Of a stretch of DNA of 64,000 nt, positions 1 through 10,866 are shown piece after piece (position 1 is the first letter of the stretch; the number at the start of each line of letters is the position of its first letter). The DNA is from Takakia lepidozioides (taxonomy: Eukaryota; Plantae; Bryophyta). The notes beneath the pieces are model-generated. The model saw only the letters and a program-made list of their open reading frames with translations, had not been told where the DNA came from and did no database searches. A program made the translations under genes and the position numbers. Location: positions 52,762,001 to 52,826,000 of the forward strand of contig CM060733.1 of assembly GCA_030704615.1 (NCBI GenBank), in the 5' to 3' direction.

Positions 1-1140
1 CTCTTTTATGATGTCGTGTGCTTCCTGCACAGCCTCACGCATGTTGCCTCTCGCCAAGGGGTGGCAGTGGACCCCAACGTGTATGCAAGCTCTAGTCAAG
101 TCCGGGAGCAAATGGATTACGTAATATTGCTTGGCTCTGCACATGGACATGCACGTCGGTGGTTCTTTGCAATGTGCACACTTGAAAGAACCCGCAGGAG
201 CTTGGCTGGAGACAATGAATGGATGATGCGTTGTGCCAGTCCAATCCGTCTCGTTTCTCCGCCCTCCTTTGGAGAGAAAGTGGAAGCAGGTGGGATTGAG
301 GCACCTCAGCTTCCCCGCACAGAGGACATATCGTACACGAACACCATCAGCAATTTTCGTGCTACTGGTCTTCGTCACACACCAGGGGTGTCCGTCATGC
401 TTTCGATCCATGTCTGTTAACATCCCGGAGGCTTTCTTTGACGAAGAAACAGGTGGAAACTCGAAGATGACATTGCCATCGACTTCGGGAGGCAGAAAAG
501 TTACCTTTCTGACTGGGAATTTGGCATAGTCGAGAGCAGCCAGCTCGGAGCGAGAACCATCGAGGTGATGTTGTCGTAGGAGCTGCACAATGGACCGGGT
601 TGGAGTTATGCTCGAGGGCACATGCGTAGCACCTACAGAGACGTCCATGCCGGATTTGAACGACCGTGTGGAGGACATGGGTACCTCAATGCAATCATCT
701 TCCTCGTCGGAAATGTCGAATACGTCCACACGAGAAGCTATGGAGGGTCTTGACGGTCCAGGTCGGGAATGATTATCGTTGCATACCTCTCTGTTGGCAG
801 TGGCCGCCTCTCGGTTTCCGGACTCCTTTGTGGATGGTGTGGGCAGCGACTGATTCGGAAAGGGAATGGGCATTCCCACAGCTCGGTACAGGATGGTGTC
901 TGACGGGGGAACGTGCCATTCGATTCCGCAACCTCCGTCGTTACCTAGCACGACAATGGTCTCGTCAACCTGTCCAGGAACATCCTTCCTTTCTTCTTCC
1001 AAATAAACTGTGCCCGGTTTGAGCTTGAATTTGGAACAAAGGTAAGTTTCAGTCACTCTGCAAAGTCCTCCCTCGTTTGGGATCCAGGCTCTCCCAAGTT
1101 GCGGAGGACAGCAAACTATAGCGTAGGAATTCGGAGCCAT
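1..1140 (-). CDS. N-terminal part of a GCM-domain (WRKY-GCM1 superfamily) protein, probably a MULE-type transposase; runs off the window edge
   Basis: Manual translation gives an open frame from ATG 1140 to base 1 (380 codons, no stop, so not in the ORF track). It contains DGHPW...RYVLCAGKLRCLNPTC...CAHC...CRAK...HVGVHCHP, the Cys/His pattern of GCM-type domains. The DDE core is not visible in the window. Confidence 0.65.
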   Translation of the reverse strand, partial: MAPNSYAIVCCPPQLGRAWIPNEGGLCRVTETYLCSKFKLKPGTVYLEEERKDVPGQVDETIVVLGNDGGCGIEWHVPPSDTILYRAVGMPIPFPNQSLPTPSTKESGNREAATANREVCNDNHSRPGPSRPSIASRVDVFDISDEEDDCIEVPMSSTRSFKSGMDVSVGATHVPSSITPTRSIVQLLRQHHLDGSRSELAALDYAKFPVRKVTFLPPEVDGNVIFEFPPVSSSKKASGMLTDMDRKHDGHPWCVTKTSSTKIADGVRVRYVLCAGKLRCLNPTCFHFLSKGGRRNETDWTGTTHHPFIVSSQAPAGSFKCAHCKEPPTCMSMCRAKQYYVIHLLPDLTRACIHVGVHCHPLARGNMREAVQEAHDIIKE

Positions 1141-1567
1141 CGAACACCGCACGGAGTTGGCAAGTGCGAGGTTCAGTATAGCGACAGACCAAGGCTCACA
1201 GGCACCATCTAAGTGGATCTGCGGAGTCCATCGACGATTGGAAGTCGCACATTGAAGTGGAAAGTATTGTTTCAAGCTACATGCATGAAGGTGGGAGGTT
1301 TGATTCCATAGCCAGTGAGTATGACAATGATGGCCGATTCGGCGACGAAATAACATCTCCTGACAGTTTCTCCTGAGGGTGGATCCAGCAGTATTCTCGG
1401 TGCAGACAGGAACGTTCGCACTGACAAGTGCCAGGACTGCTGGTTAAAACGGTCAGACAACCAAGTTGTGCTCATCAAGACTGGCCGCAATTGTGTTGTT
1501 TCGGAACAATGCAACCCATTGAGGTTCCAGATTTCCCGTCCCGAGTGATTCTTTCGATTGCTGGTGG

Positions 1568-3315
1568 ACGGAAATACGGCGCCGCATTTCCGTATTGCAT
1601 CTTGGTCATGCACCAGAGCGACGGAAATGCGGCACCGAGTTTCCGTCCGGGGGAAACCTTTATACTCTCCAGAACGGAAATGCGGTAACGCATTTCCATC
1701 CAGCAAGCACGGTATGTGAAGGTGGAACGGAAATGCGGTACCGCATTTCCGTTCTGATTGAGATTTATGAACAACGGGAACAGAAATGCGGCACCGCATT
1801 TCCGTCCGAGTCGCACTTTTCCGACATTCCAGAACGGAAATGCGGCGCCGCATTTCCATTTTGTATCTGATGCATGGAGCTGAGGGATAGAAATGCTGCA
1901 GCACATTTCCGTCCTTAAAAGACATTCATACTCTCCAGAACGGAAATGCGGTACCGCATTTTCATTCAACAAGCACGGTATGTGAAGGTGGAACGGAAAT
2001 GCGGTACCGCATTTCCGTTCTGATTGAGAATTATGAACAACGGGAACAGAAATGCGGCACCGCATTTCCGTCCGAGTCGCACTTTTCGACATTCCAGAAC
2101 GGAAATGCGGCGCCGCATTTCCATTTTGTATCTGATGCATGGAGCCGAGTGCGATTCCGACAGCTTCATACAGCGCAATTCCGACCGCTTGAGACATTCA
2201 TACTATCCAGAACGGAAATGCGGCACCGCATTTCCGTTCTGACTGAAAATCGTGAACCATCTGAACTGAAATGCGGCACCGTATTTCCATCCGAGTCGCA
2301 CCTACCAACATTCCAGAACGGAAATGCGGTACCGCATTTCCGTTCTGACTGAAAATCGTGAACCATCGGAACTGAAATGCGGCAACGCATTTCCATCCGA
2401 GTCGCACCTCCCAACATTCCAGAACGGAATGTATTAGATTCAAAAGGGAAATGCGGCACCGCATTTCCGTTCTGATGAAATATCCTGAAACATCGGAACT
2501 GAAATGCGGTACCGCATTTCCGTCGGAGTCGCACCTTCCGACATTCCAAAACGGAAATGCGGCGCCGCATTTCCGTTTTGTATGTGAGGCATGGAGCTGT
2601 GGAACGAAAATGCGGCACGGCATTTCCGCCAGCGTCAGACGTTAATACTCTACAGAACGGAAATGCGGTACCGCATTTCCATTCTGACTGAAAATCGTGC
2701 GCAACGGGAACAGAAATGCGGCACCGCATTTCCGTTCGAGTCGCACCTTCCGACATTCTAGAACGGAAATGCGGCGCCGCATTTCCGTTTTGTATATTGG
2801 GCCTGGAGCTGTGCTACGGAAATGTGTTGCCGCATTTCCATCCATGTGAGACCTTCAAACTTTCCAGACCGGAAATGCGGCACCGCATTTCTGTCCAGGT
2901 GAGACCTCTATACTTTCCCGAACGGAAATGTGGCACGGCATTTCCATTCATCAACTAACGTATGTGAAGTGGGAACGGAAATGCGGTACCGCATTTCCGT
3001 TCACATTGAAAATCATGAACCACGGGAACTGAAATGTTGTGCCTCATTCCCGTCCCAATCGCACCTTTCGACATTCCAGAACGGAAATGCGGCGCCGCAT
3101 TTCCCTTTTGAATCTCATACATGGAGCTGTGGGACGGAAATGCGGCACCGTATTTCCGTTCAACAACTAAGGTATGTGAAGGTGGAACGGAAATGCGGTG
3201 CCGCATTTTCTTCCAACAAGTACGGATGTGTAGCTTCGTGATGGTACTTAACGGAAATGCGGCGCCGCATTCGCATTTTCGCTCCAACTCATCAGACGCT
3301 GGGACGGAAATGCCT
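1568..3315. repeat. Array of ~32 palindromes (ACGGAAATGCGGYRCCGCATTTCCGT) with ~27-bp spacers, 53-bp period and 5-unit higher-order structure
   Basis: Units start at 1568, 1621, 1674, 1727, 1780, 1834, 1887, 1940, 1993, 2046, 2099 ... 2498, 2551 ... 3081, 3134, 3187. Spacers fall into five recurring types. Confidence 0.95.
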
Positions 3316-3710
3316 TGAAATGTGAACACGTGGAGCAACGGAATTGCTGCACATGTCGGCACTCTATCTGACTGAAGGGGCATGAGGCGGCGCGGCCTGA
3401 CCGTTGGATAATGATGTTTGTTTTTCGGACGGCAGGCGTACCCTCAACGATTCGAATTTCGTAATGACGCAAACTCCACGAGGAGACACTTTCGTCCAAC
3501 CCTTTCGAACCCAAGTGGTGCATCACCGCCGTTTCATCTACTTTTGTCGTGTCTCCTCAGTCACCCCTCTCGCGCCCTTTCCATCTGCACTCTTTGCCCC
3601 TTTTCCCTCTCTCTGTTCTTCTTATGCTCGAACCTGAGAGGGGGGGAGTTCGTGCACCAGACAGGAGACCTCGTCGCAAGCTCCGGAAATTATACTTCGG
3701 ACGTAGGCCA

Positions 3711-6700
3711 ATGCCGAAGGGGAGGAAGCAGATGCGTCTACAGGAGGAGATTGCCATCTCCGAGCAGCAGGCCACTCAGGCAACCCAGCCACCAGTGAGA
3801 GCTCCATGCGATCGGGCTGCGCGCAGCTGATCGAGCACCGAACCCCCCATTTTGCTTCTGTAATTCTTAGACTGAATGCTAGGAGACTTGAATGCAGAAC
3901 ATGTTTGCATGCCTAACAGGAAAGGTGGACGTGCTGGAGGGATCGCAGGAATCCGAAGAGCCGCAGGAAGAGTCCGAGGAGCTAGCTGCAGCACGTACAC
4001 CCACCCGATCCCCGAGCGCGGGTATTCCTGCCGGGCCTAGCCCTCTGCGATTCAAAGACGCGTCTTCGAAGGGCAAGTTCAAAGTCCCAGAGATCGACTC
4101 GCGTTCTTCGGTCATGGAGAATCGCCAGCAGGGGTCGGGCCCTTCTCCAGCAAAGTCGAAGAAGAAGCAGCCCGTCCCTCTACTGGCTTCTGAACCGGCT
4201 CAGGCCGATTCACCCCCCCCAACGCGAATGAAGCAGCAGGGTAGAAGACAGATTCAATTGCAGCAGACACCTTCACCTGCAAGGATGAGGAAGCAGAAGG
4301 CAATCAGGGCGACGGGCGAACAATCTCCCGCAAAACCGCTTCCACGAGCTGAAGCTCAGTTCCTGGAGGATTTCCCGCCTGCAGATGTTGGGGCCGACTC
4401 TGCTGCAGCGAAGGCAATGGGATCGACCGTTGATCTCGATTTGGTACCGGAGGAGGGTGCTGCCGCTCAACGTTCGCAGCAAGACCTCACCACCGATGAG
4501 CAAGCAGGCCCGGAGGAGGCCTCTGCAATGGCAGAATTGCCCGCAGACAGGCCCCAGAGTGCAGCTCCAGTTGAGGATGCTCCAGCTGCTCAGCCACTAC
4601 CGGCACCTACAGACATGTCTCCGGAGGATTTCAAAAGTGCAGCGGATAAAATGTTGGAGGAGACACACAGTAGCATTGGCAGAGTTCTGGGCAGCAGGGT
4701 ATTCCAGCGGACTCTTCGAATCCCACTCTGTCGCATGGTCTCCCTTCCCATCGTCAGGCAGGCCCTTCCCGGAGATGTGGATAAGCTCAAGTTCGCATTT
4801 CGAGAAGGGTACCGTCTGGGATCGGCAGCGTTTTACGTTTCCATTGAGAATGAGGACGGCGAAACTCGTGGACCCACTGCCGATGAATTGTCAACGTGGG
4901 ATACCCACTGGCACACTCGCAACCACGAATTCGAGGCGACGCTGAAGGGTGATCCCGACTTCGGCCATATGTCGGGTAAAATGTTCTTTGTGTGGGACGG
5001 GAATCACCGACTTCTCGCCTGGTGGGAGTACATCAAGCAGAACCATGCCAAGCACATTGGCTGGCATTACATGGTGGAGTGTGTCATCCTCAAGGTGAAG
5101 GCGGCAGACTCCTCCCTGCTCAAGAATGCCATGGCGGACCTCAACTCGTAAGATACTCATACCCTCCCTAGCACGTTCGAAATGCGGTGCCGCATTTCGG
5201 TTTCCATTCTGGTTTGTTTCCGTGCTTCCGTGTACTGAACTGGAGAGTGTGCCTTGCAGGGTCACTGAGAATGCGTACGTGCATACCCACATGGCACATA
5301 TGCTGTACAGGGTGAGGAAAACTGGTCTCACTGATCCGCAGATGTTTGCGGAAATGCTGGAGCCCGAGCTCATTCAGAAAGCCGTTGCAAAAACAGACCG
5401 GACATGGTATCGTCTCACTATGGATGGAATGGTGGAGGTGATATACGAAGTAAGTCGTCCTCCAATTTCCCTCTGCTCATCCTTCCCCAATTTCAGTAAT
5501 GTTTCCACATGAATCGAATGTAACGCTTCTGCATGTTTTTGTTGGCAGTCAAACATCAAGCTGGATTTGGCCCATGCCAAACGCTTCTTCATGGAAAGTG
5601 AGGGGCAGGTCAAAACGTTGCAGTCATTGACTGAGCACTTGAAGGAAGCCGGTGTCAAGTCCAGAACCAAATACAAGTCAAAGCTTGTGAAGCTGGTGGC
5701 AATTGCAGATCCGGCACTTGGAAAGGACTTCATCCCCGAGATTGCAAAACACTATTCTCGGGCCATGCAGCCGACCATGCAATTGGAGAAACTGCATCAC
5801 CTCTCAACGGCATGTGTGGAGGCGAAAGAGAAGGTGAGGTTTCAATGCACTGAAGTTCCTTCCTAGCAATAGCCACTCTCTTCCAGCTCCTGACATTGGA
5901 TCGGAAATGGCAGACACGGTGGCTGTCGATCTGGAATGCATCCGAGAGCATAAGGACAATGTGGTCTTTTCCACTGGAAGTTTCCGACCCTGCAGTGGAT
6001 GTGTGGCTCAACCGTATGACTTGGTGGTTCCAGGTAATTCAAGGTACTTCCCCAGATTTGCTTTTCTGACATGAATTCCCTGAACTGCTACGTGACAATG
6101 CATTTGGGAATCGCAGGTAATGTCGAATGCGAAGGAGCAAGTCGTAATGCACACAAATTCGTTCGGCTTGTACGTCAAATGGGATGGAACACAGACATTG
6201 GAAGACTACGTGACACGTTTCAGATGTGCGTACAAGGACAACCTTTTCGCCAGAGAGCTACAGACAGCAAGAAGGAGCGTGGAGTTTACACATCAGGAGG
6301 GAGCGGGGAAAGCTGCAATGCGAATTGTTTACAGGTGAAGCACAGCTGCCCTTGTATGCGAAGCCTGGTTACGAGGTTTGTCTCGGAAATGCGGCACCGC
6401 ATTCGCATTTTATGTTTTCGGTGGCACTCTGCCAGTAGGTTGGTCTCAACTTTTGCTCACGCATGCTGACTGCCTTGCAGGTATATGAAATACGTGCTCC
6501 TTCAGACAGGGGCCCTGGCTCAAGAGCCCCCGTTCTTCATGGCTTGGACCGTGGCGGGCCCAAGCTGTGTCTACACACCCGAGATGCAGAAACAATGGCA
6601 TCCCGCGCATCTCGTTGGATGCCCGTGGTACCTGGACATGTCTGGCGGTATTGTTGACGAGTCTGAGAAAGATCTGCACGCCTTGGCAGAAGAGAAGAGA

Positions 6701-8834
6701 AAGGAAAGACGTGTCCCTGCTGGGCCAAAGTCGGCAAAGGAATCTGCTGCTCTGGAAGAATCCAGAAAGGCAGCTGAGATGGCACAAAAGACGGTGGATG
6801 CAGCTGTGCAGGCCCAACAGAAGGGGTCGAAGAAGAGGACTCGCCAGCAAGGAGCAGCTGTTGTGACACCCGCCAAAACGAAGAAGCAGAAACAGCCTGT
6901 TCAGGAAGAGGGTGAGGAAGAGGACTCCGATGGAGACTTTGCAACCAGCCCACCCCCCCAAACGCAGGCTGCCTCCCCTGTGCCCACCGTTGTCACGAGA
7001 GGCACGAGAACTGGCTCGGCAAAGAAGGCACTCTTCAACCCCCCAGGGGGGCACCCTTTCGAGCCGGTGGAAATGAAGAGGCCGAAAGTGGCTCCCGAAA
7101 CTGTAGTCCAGTGTGTAAATGAGAGTTTCTTGGCGGCTTTGGATGGACGGGCAGCCAAGTTGGCATACATGAAGACCATGGAGGGTCTGAAGGGCAGAGC
7201 ACTGAAGAAGGCGACTGCCGAAGAGCCTTCCGACACCCCAGGATTTCAGAATATGGTCTCGTTCTTTGAGAGGGTGTGTGCAGACAAGGATTGTAGGAGG
7301 GGCGGAAATGCCACCGAGTGGTCTTGCGATATGATCATCTTGGATATTCCGGACGGAGAGCCTGTGGAAGGACTGCAAGCTTTGCCATCTTGGAACAGGT
7401 ACTCGGAGGACTTTTGGAAGAAAGGATTCGGGCTTGCCCGCATGGTGTTGGACGACAGAGGCTGTGTGGTTGTCCTGGCGAGCAGAGGAAAAAACACTCA
7501 GACAGGAATTGCGAAGTGGACCCGCAAGAGCGCCGTCCCGATTCTGAAAAAGAAGTGGACGTGCATCAACACACTGGGCCTTCGGTCGGAAGGGAAGAAG
7601 GTGATTACGACACTGGCACTCGTCCATTCATTTGCTTGGGTGTTTTCAAATGCGGTGCCGCATTCGGTTTCTAATCGTTTTCCCCCTGTGTATGCAGACG
7701 AAGCAGTTCGATGCATACTGCTTTGTGAAGGAGAACTCCACCTTTGCTTTCCGGAAGGAGGGAGGAAAGGTTGACCCGAACTGCGACCCACTCGATTACG
7801 ACGTTCTGTTCAACAACGTTCCCAAGGAACTTCTCCCTCATAGCCTCACTTCAACGGAACCCCTGCGGTACTCACGGACTCGGAGCCCTGCCTTCATTCA
7901 GACAATTATGGAGACATGCACAGACGTGGAGGGCACAGTGCTCGACCTCATCTGTGGGACAGGTATGCAGAATCTTGATCTATGCTGTTCTGCAAATTCT
8001 CGTTAGGATGTAGTTCGCAACATCTGAAGCGCCATGTGGTAATGTGTGGATGGCATTGTAACAGGTGCCTCAATGTGGGCTGGGCGGTTTTCCGACCGGC
8101 ACCTCTTTGCCTACGAGGAGGATTCATCCGTGTGGGGATCCCATCTGGAGGGGCTGCAACGGAATGTGAAGGCTCCCGACAGAGCGGAAGTCTCCTCGGA
8201 TTCGTCGGAGTCCGAGGAAGACACAGTGGACATTGATGCGGAGGAGAACCCGGAATACGAGTGAGTGCAAACATTGTAAGTTTGCAAAGCCTTCTGGGTC
8301 ATTTATGTCAAACGAATTTCCCGACTGTGGTTCTCATTAGTCTCGTTGATGATTGTCATGTGCAGGATTGCAGGGTCCGGGTCGAAACATGTAGGGCCTA
8401 CACTTCCTGCCAGGAAGAATGTCCCGTTCTTTGCGAGGGCCGACTTCATGACGAGCCCGGTGAGGGACTACTCCCTTCCTAGTTATGCAGCTAAACTCGC
8501 AAATACAGCGATTAGAAGAAGTGAGAATCCCAGTAAAGTAGAGCAGATTTTGGAGAGGGCTAGGGAGGACAGAAGGATAAGGAAAGAGTTGGCAGCAGCT
8601 CAGACAGGTAGACGGGTACGAAAGTACATATGTGATTCAGCGGATGAGAGCGACGCAGACAGGGAGGAAGACGACCCAACGGAGGTGAGATGGACAGTTC
8701 CGCAAGGGGAAGATGGGATTTTCGAAAGCCTGGCCAACGAGCAGTCCGCTGGAGATGAGAGAGGCACTGAGGGGGTGGAGGAGGAGCAGGACAGTCTAGA
8801 ACAGGATGAGGATTCGGATGATTTTCAAGATTAA
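3711..8834 (+). CDS. 10-exon gene, ~1398 aa: disordered N-terminus, ParB/Sulfiredoxin-like domain, helical region, beta-class N4C/N6A DNA-methyltransferase-like domain, acidic tail
   Basis: Exons 3711-3794, 3898-5147, 5260-5449, 5549-5833, 5914-6033, 6117-6334, 6481-7600, 7698-7962, 8065-8260, 8366-8834. All introns are GT-AG with consistent phases and the joined 4197 nt is open. Motifs: FFVWDGNHRLLAW (ParB/Srx-like); DMIILDIPDG (motif IV-like); RSPAFIQTIMETCTDVEGTVLDLICGTGASMWAGRFSDRHLFAYEED (motifs X-I-II). Confidence 0.8.
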
Positions 8835-8969
8835 TAGAATTTTAATGAAGTCTCTGTAAATGTAAATTCTCTTCCAGAGTATATAAAGGAAATTCTGCCC
8901 GACATTCGTGACCCCTCTCCAGTGTGCATTCCAGCCACACAATCGCCCAAACCACGACGCTCCCAAAAT

Positions 8970-9690
8970 CAGAAATGGGGCACCGCATTTCCAAAATTGG
9001 CAACTCTAAGAACCTCTTTTGGAAATGCGGCACCGCATTTCCAAAACAGGGGAGGGACTAAATTTTCCATTTCAATGTTGGCATAGTAAAAAGTAATCTG
9101 AATTGGAAATGCGGTGCCGCATTTCCAAAATTTCCTTTGTCCACACGCCAGTTTTGGCCTCTCCCGCTCATTGCATGGATGCCACCACGCTTACAGAGGT
9201 CGAACAAGGAGGTCGAATGGCGAGGTCGTATTGGGGATGGTCGTTGTTCGAACTGCAGGCCCATCAGCAAAAAATTGGCACCGCATTCCATTGTTAAAAA
9301 AAAGTCGATGACGGACATGGAAATGCGGCGCCGCATTTCCAGAACGGACATCGCAATTTGTCCATTTGCAGACCCTCTCTCGGAAATGCGGTAACGCATT
9401 CCATCGCGCTGGTCGGAAATGTCACACTTTTCGAAGTGTTGTACGGAAATGCGGCACCGCATTCCCTTGTCCAAAAAGAAGTTTCCATTGCCAAGCTGGA
9501 AATGCGTCGCCGCATTTGCAATGCCAACCTCGTTTTCTGATCAATTTATAGACCCGTGTTGGTATTTCGTGTACCTGGACGGAAATGATGCACCGCATTT
9601 CTTGTCCGACATGGAAATGCGGTGCCGCATTTCGTCCGACATGGAAATGCGGCGCCGCATTTTGCCGACAAATGCGGCGCCACATTTCAA
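8970..9690. repeat. Second, irregularly spaced cluster of ~12 copies of the same palindrome
   Basis: Copies near 8971, 9021, 9105, 9272 (degenerate), 9319, 9382, 9445, 9499, 9581, 9613, 9643, 9670. They lie between the convergent 3' ends of two genes. Confidence 0.9.
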
Positions 9691-9933
9691 TGCCGACATG
9701 GCGTTACTCTGGTATATTCTTGACACATGACTCACATACCGGTTACTCTGCTATATTCATCCGGACAGACACATTGTAGAAATGAGACATCAAATTGTAA
9801 ACAGTGGGCCAATTCCGACAGTTATTCAACACAATGAAACACAATCATACAGAAGTGAGGTACGATGGGTTTATTGATCGGACACGATGTCTCACATTTA
9901 CCAACTGCAGACAAAACTAAGCCCTTCCTCCTT

Positions 9934-10647
9934 CTACATGGGCTTCACCAAGTCGACGGAACTTCGATACCCCCTCAAAACAAGCTCATCACTGCTGCGG
10001 CACCTCGAGGTAAACTGCAATTCGGTCGTTCTGCTGCCCTTGCTGGAGCCGACGACAATGTCATGTCCATCAATGATACCACCATCATACATTGACAAGG
10101 TCACTGTGGGCCTCATGTGCCCGTGCGATTCGTCTTCGCAACGCAGCCGAATGTCTCCATACACTGGAAGAGCGGAGTGATCTGCACGTATATAGTTTTC
10201 CCCGGTGCCGTCCTCCCTGGTCCACTGGCAGCAGTTCCAGCGCCAAAGCGAGGCCGTGCGTGATCTATCCGGCATCCCTTTCCAGCTTGGTATATCGAGG
10301 TCAACAATTTTCAGGACCCACGGACCGCATTGACCCTCGCCCTCACCTCGCTCAAAGCGGTAATAGCCCTCCAGATACTCCATTGCGCGCAAAGACTCTT
10401 GCTTGATTCCAGCAGCGTCTGTGAAAACAGAGAGCCAGACAATGATGTCTCCTGATTCTGGTTTGAACATAGCATAATCGTGGCCATGATAAGGGCAGTC
10501 GGCTGGATTTCGGCGGCACGGCATCCTTGAAAAAGAGTAGCGGAGTACGCTCAATGACAGCAGCTCCCGGATGGAGGAGGAGCAGCGCGGTGGCTGGAAA
10601 AAGTTCAAGCTAACGCTGCAATTCCTCACAAACACTCCAGGGCACAT
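9934..10647 (-). CDS. Unknown protein, paralogue A (conserved core starts at MPC, ATG 10524)
   Basis: Intact intronless ORF that aligns by eye with ORF 10867-11637 (DYAM, SGDI.W, FERG, PW.L.I.D.D.PS, RWNCC.WT, P.YGDIR, DGG.I.G.DIVV, ELVLR). AATAAA follows near 9870. Confidence 0.7.
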   Translation of the reverse strand: MCPGVFVRNCSVSLNFFQPPRCSSSIRELLSLSVLRYSFSRMPCRRNPADCPYHGHDYAMFKPESGDIIVWLSVFTDAAGIKQESLRAMEYLEGYYRFERGEGEGQCGPWVLKIVDLDIPSWKGMPDRSRTASLWRWNCCQWTREDGTGENYIRADHSALPVYGDIRLRCEDESHGHMRPTVTLSMYDGGIIDGHDIVVGSSKGSRTTELQFTSRCRSSDELVLRGYRSSVDLVKPM

Positions 10648-10781
10648 TTAAATTTCCCCCCTACAGGATCCTGGACCGATGAAGATTGGCTGCTGCATGA
10701 ATGTAGCCGTTTCAGTTTCCTACCCTGCCATGCAAACTATGGGCAGTCACTGCCAGGTGGGCCGATAGCCACTGGACACGA

Positions 10782-10844
10782 CGAAGTCCATCCCCTCTTC
10801 GATGTAAATGCGGCGCCGAATTTCCATCCGGGGGATGGACTTCG
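10782..10844. promoter_or_regulatory. Hairpin with 14-bp arms centred on a degenerate copy of the element palindrome, between the divergent paralogues
   Basis: CGAAGTCCATCCCC (10782-10795) pairs with GGGGATGGACTTCG (10831-10844) and encloses TAAATGCGGCGCCGAATTTCC. Confidence 0.6.
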
Positions 10845-10866
10845 GTGGCAGATCTCAAACTATAAC

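Noticed and set aside
16-1022. Plus-strand ORFs at the window start
   Set aside because: Shadows of the longer minus-strand GCM-domain frame.
1568-3315. CRISPR array
   Set aside because: Spacers recur in a higher-order pattern instead of being unique, no cas genes are seen, and the context is a spliced eukaryotic locus.
1272-3383. Many overlapping ORFs with EMRxRIS/GNAxPHF/KCGxAF repeats (also 9058-9779)
   Set aside because: They are translations of the palindrome in all six frames, not credible proteins.
6446-7627. 393-aa minus-strand ORF
   Set aside because: Antisense shadow of exon 7 of the ParB-methyltransferase gene, with no recognisable motifs.
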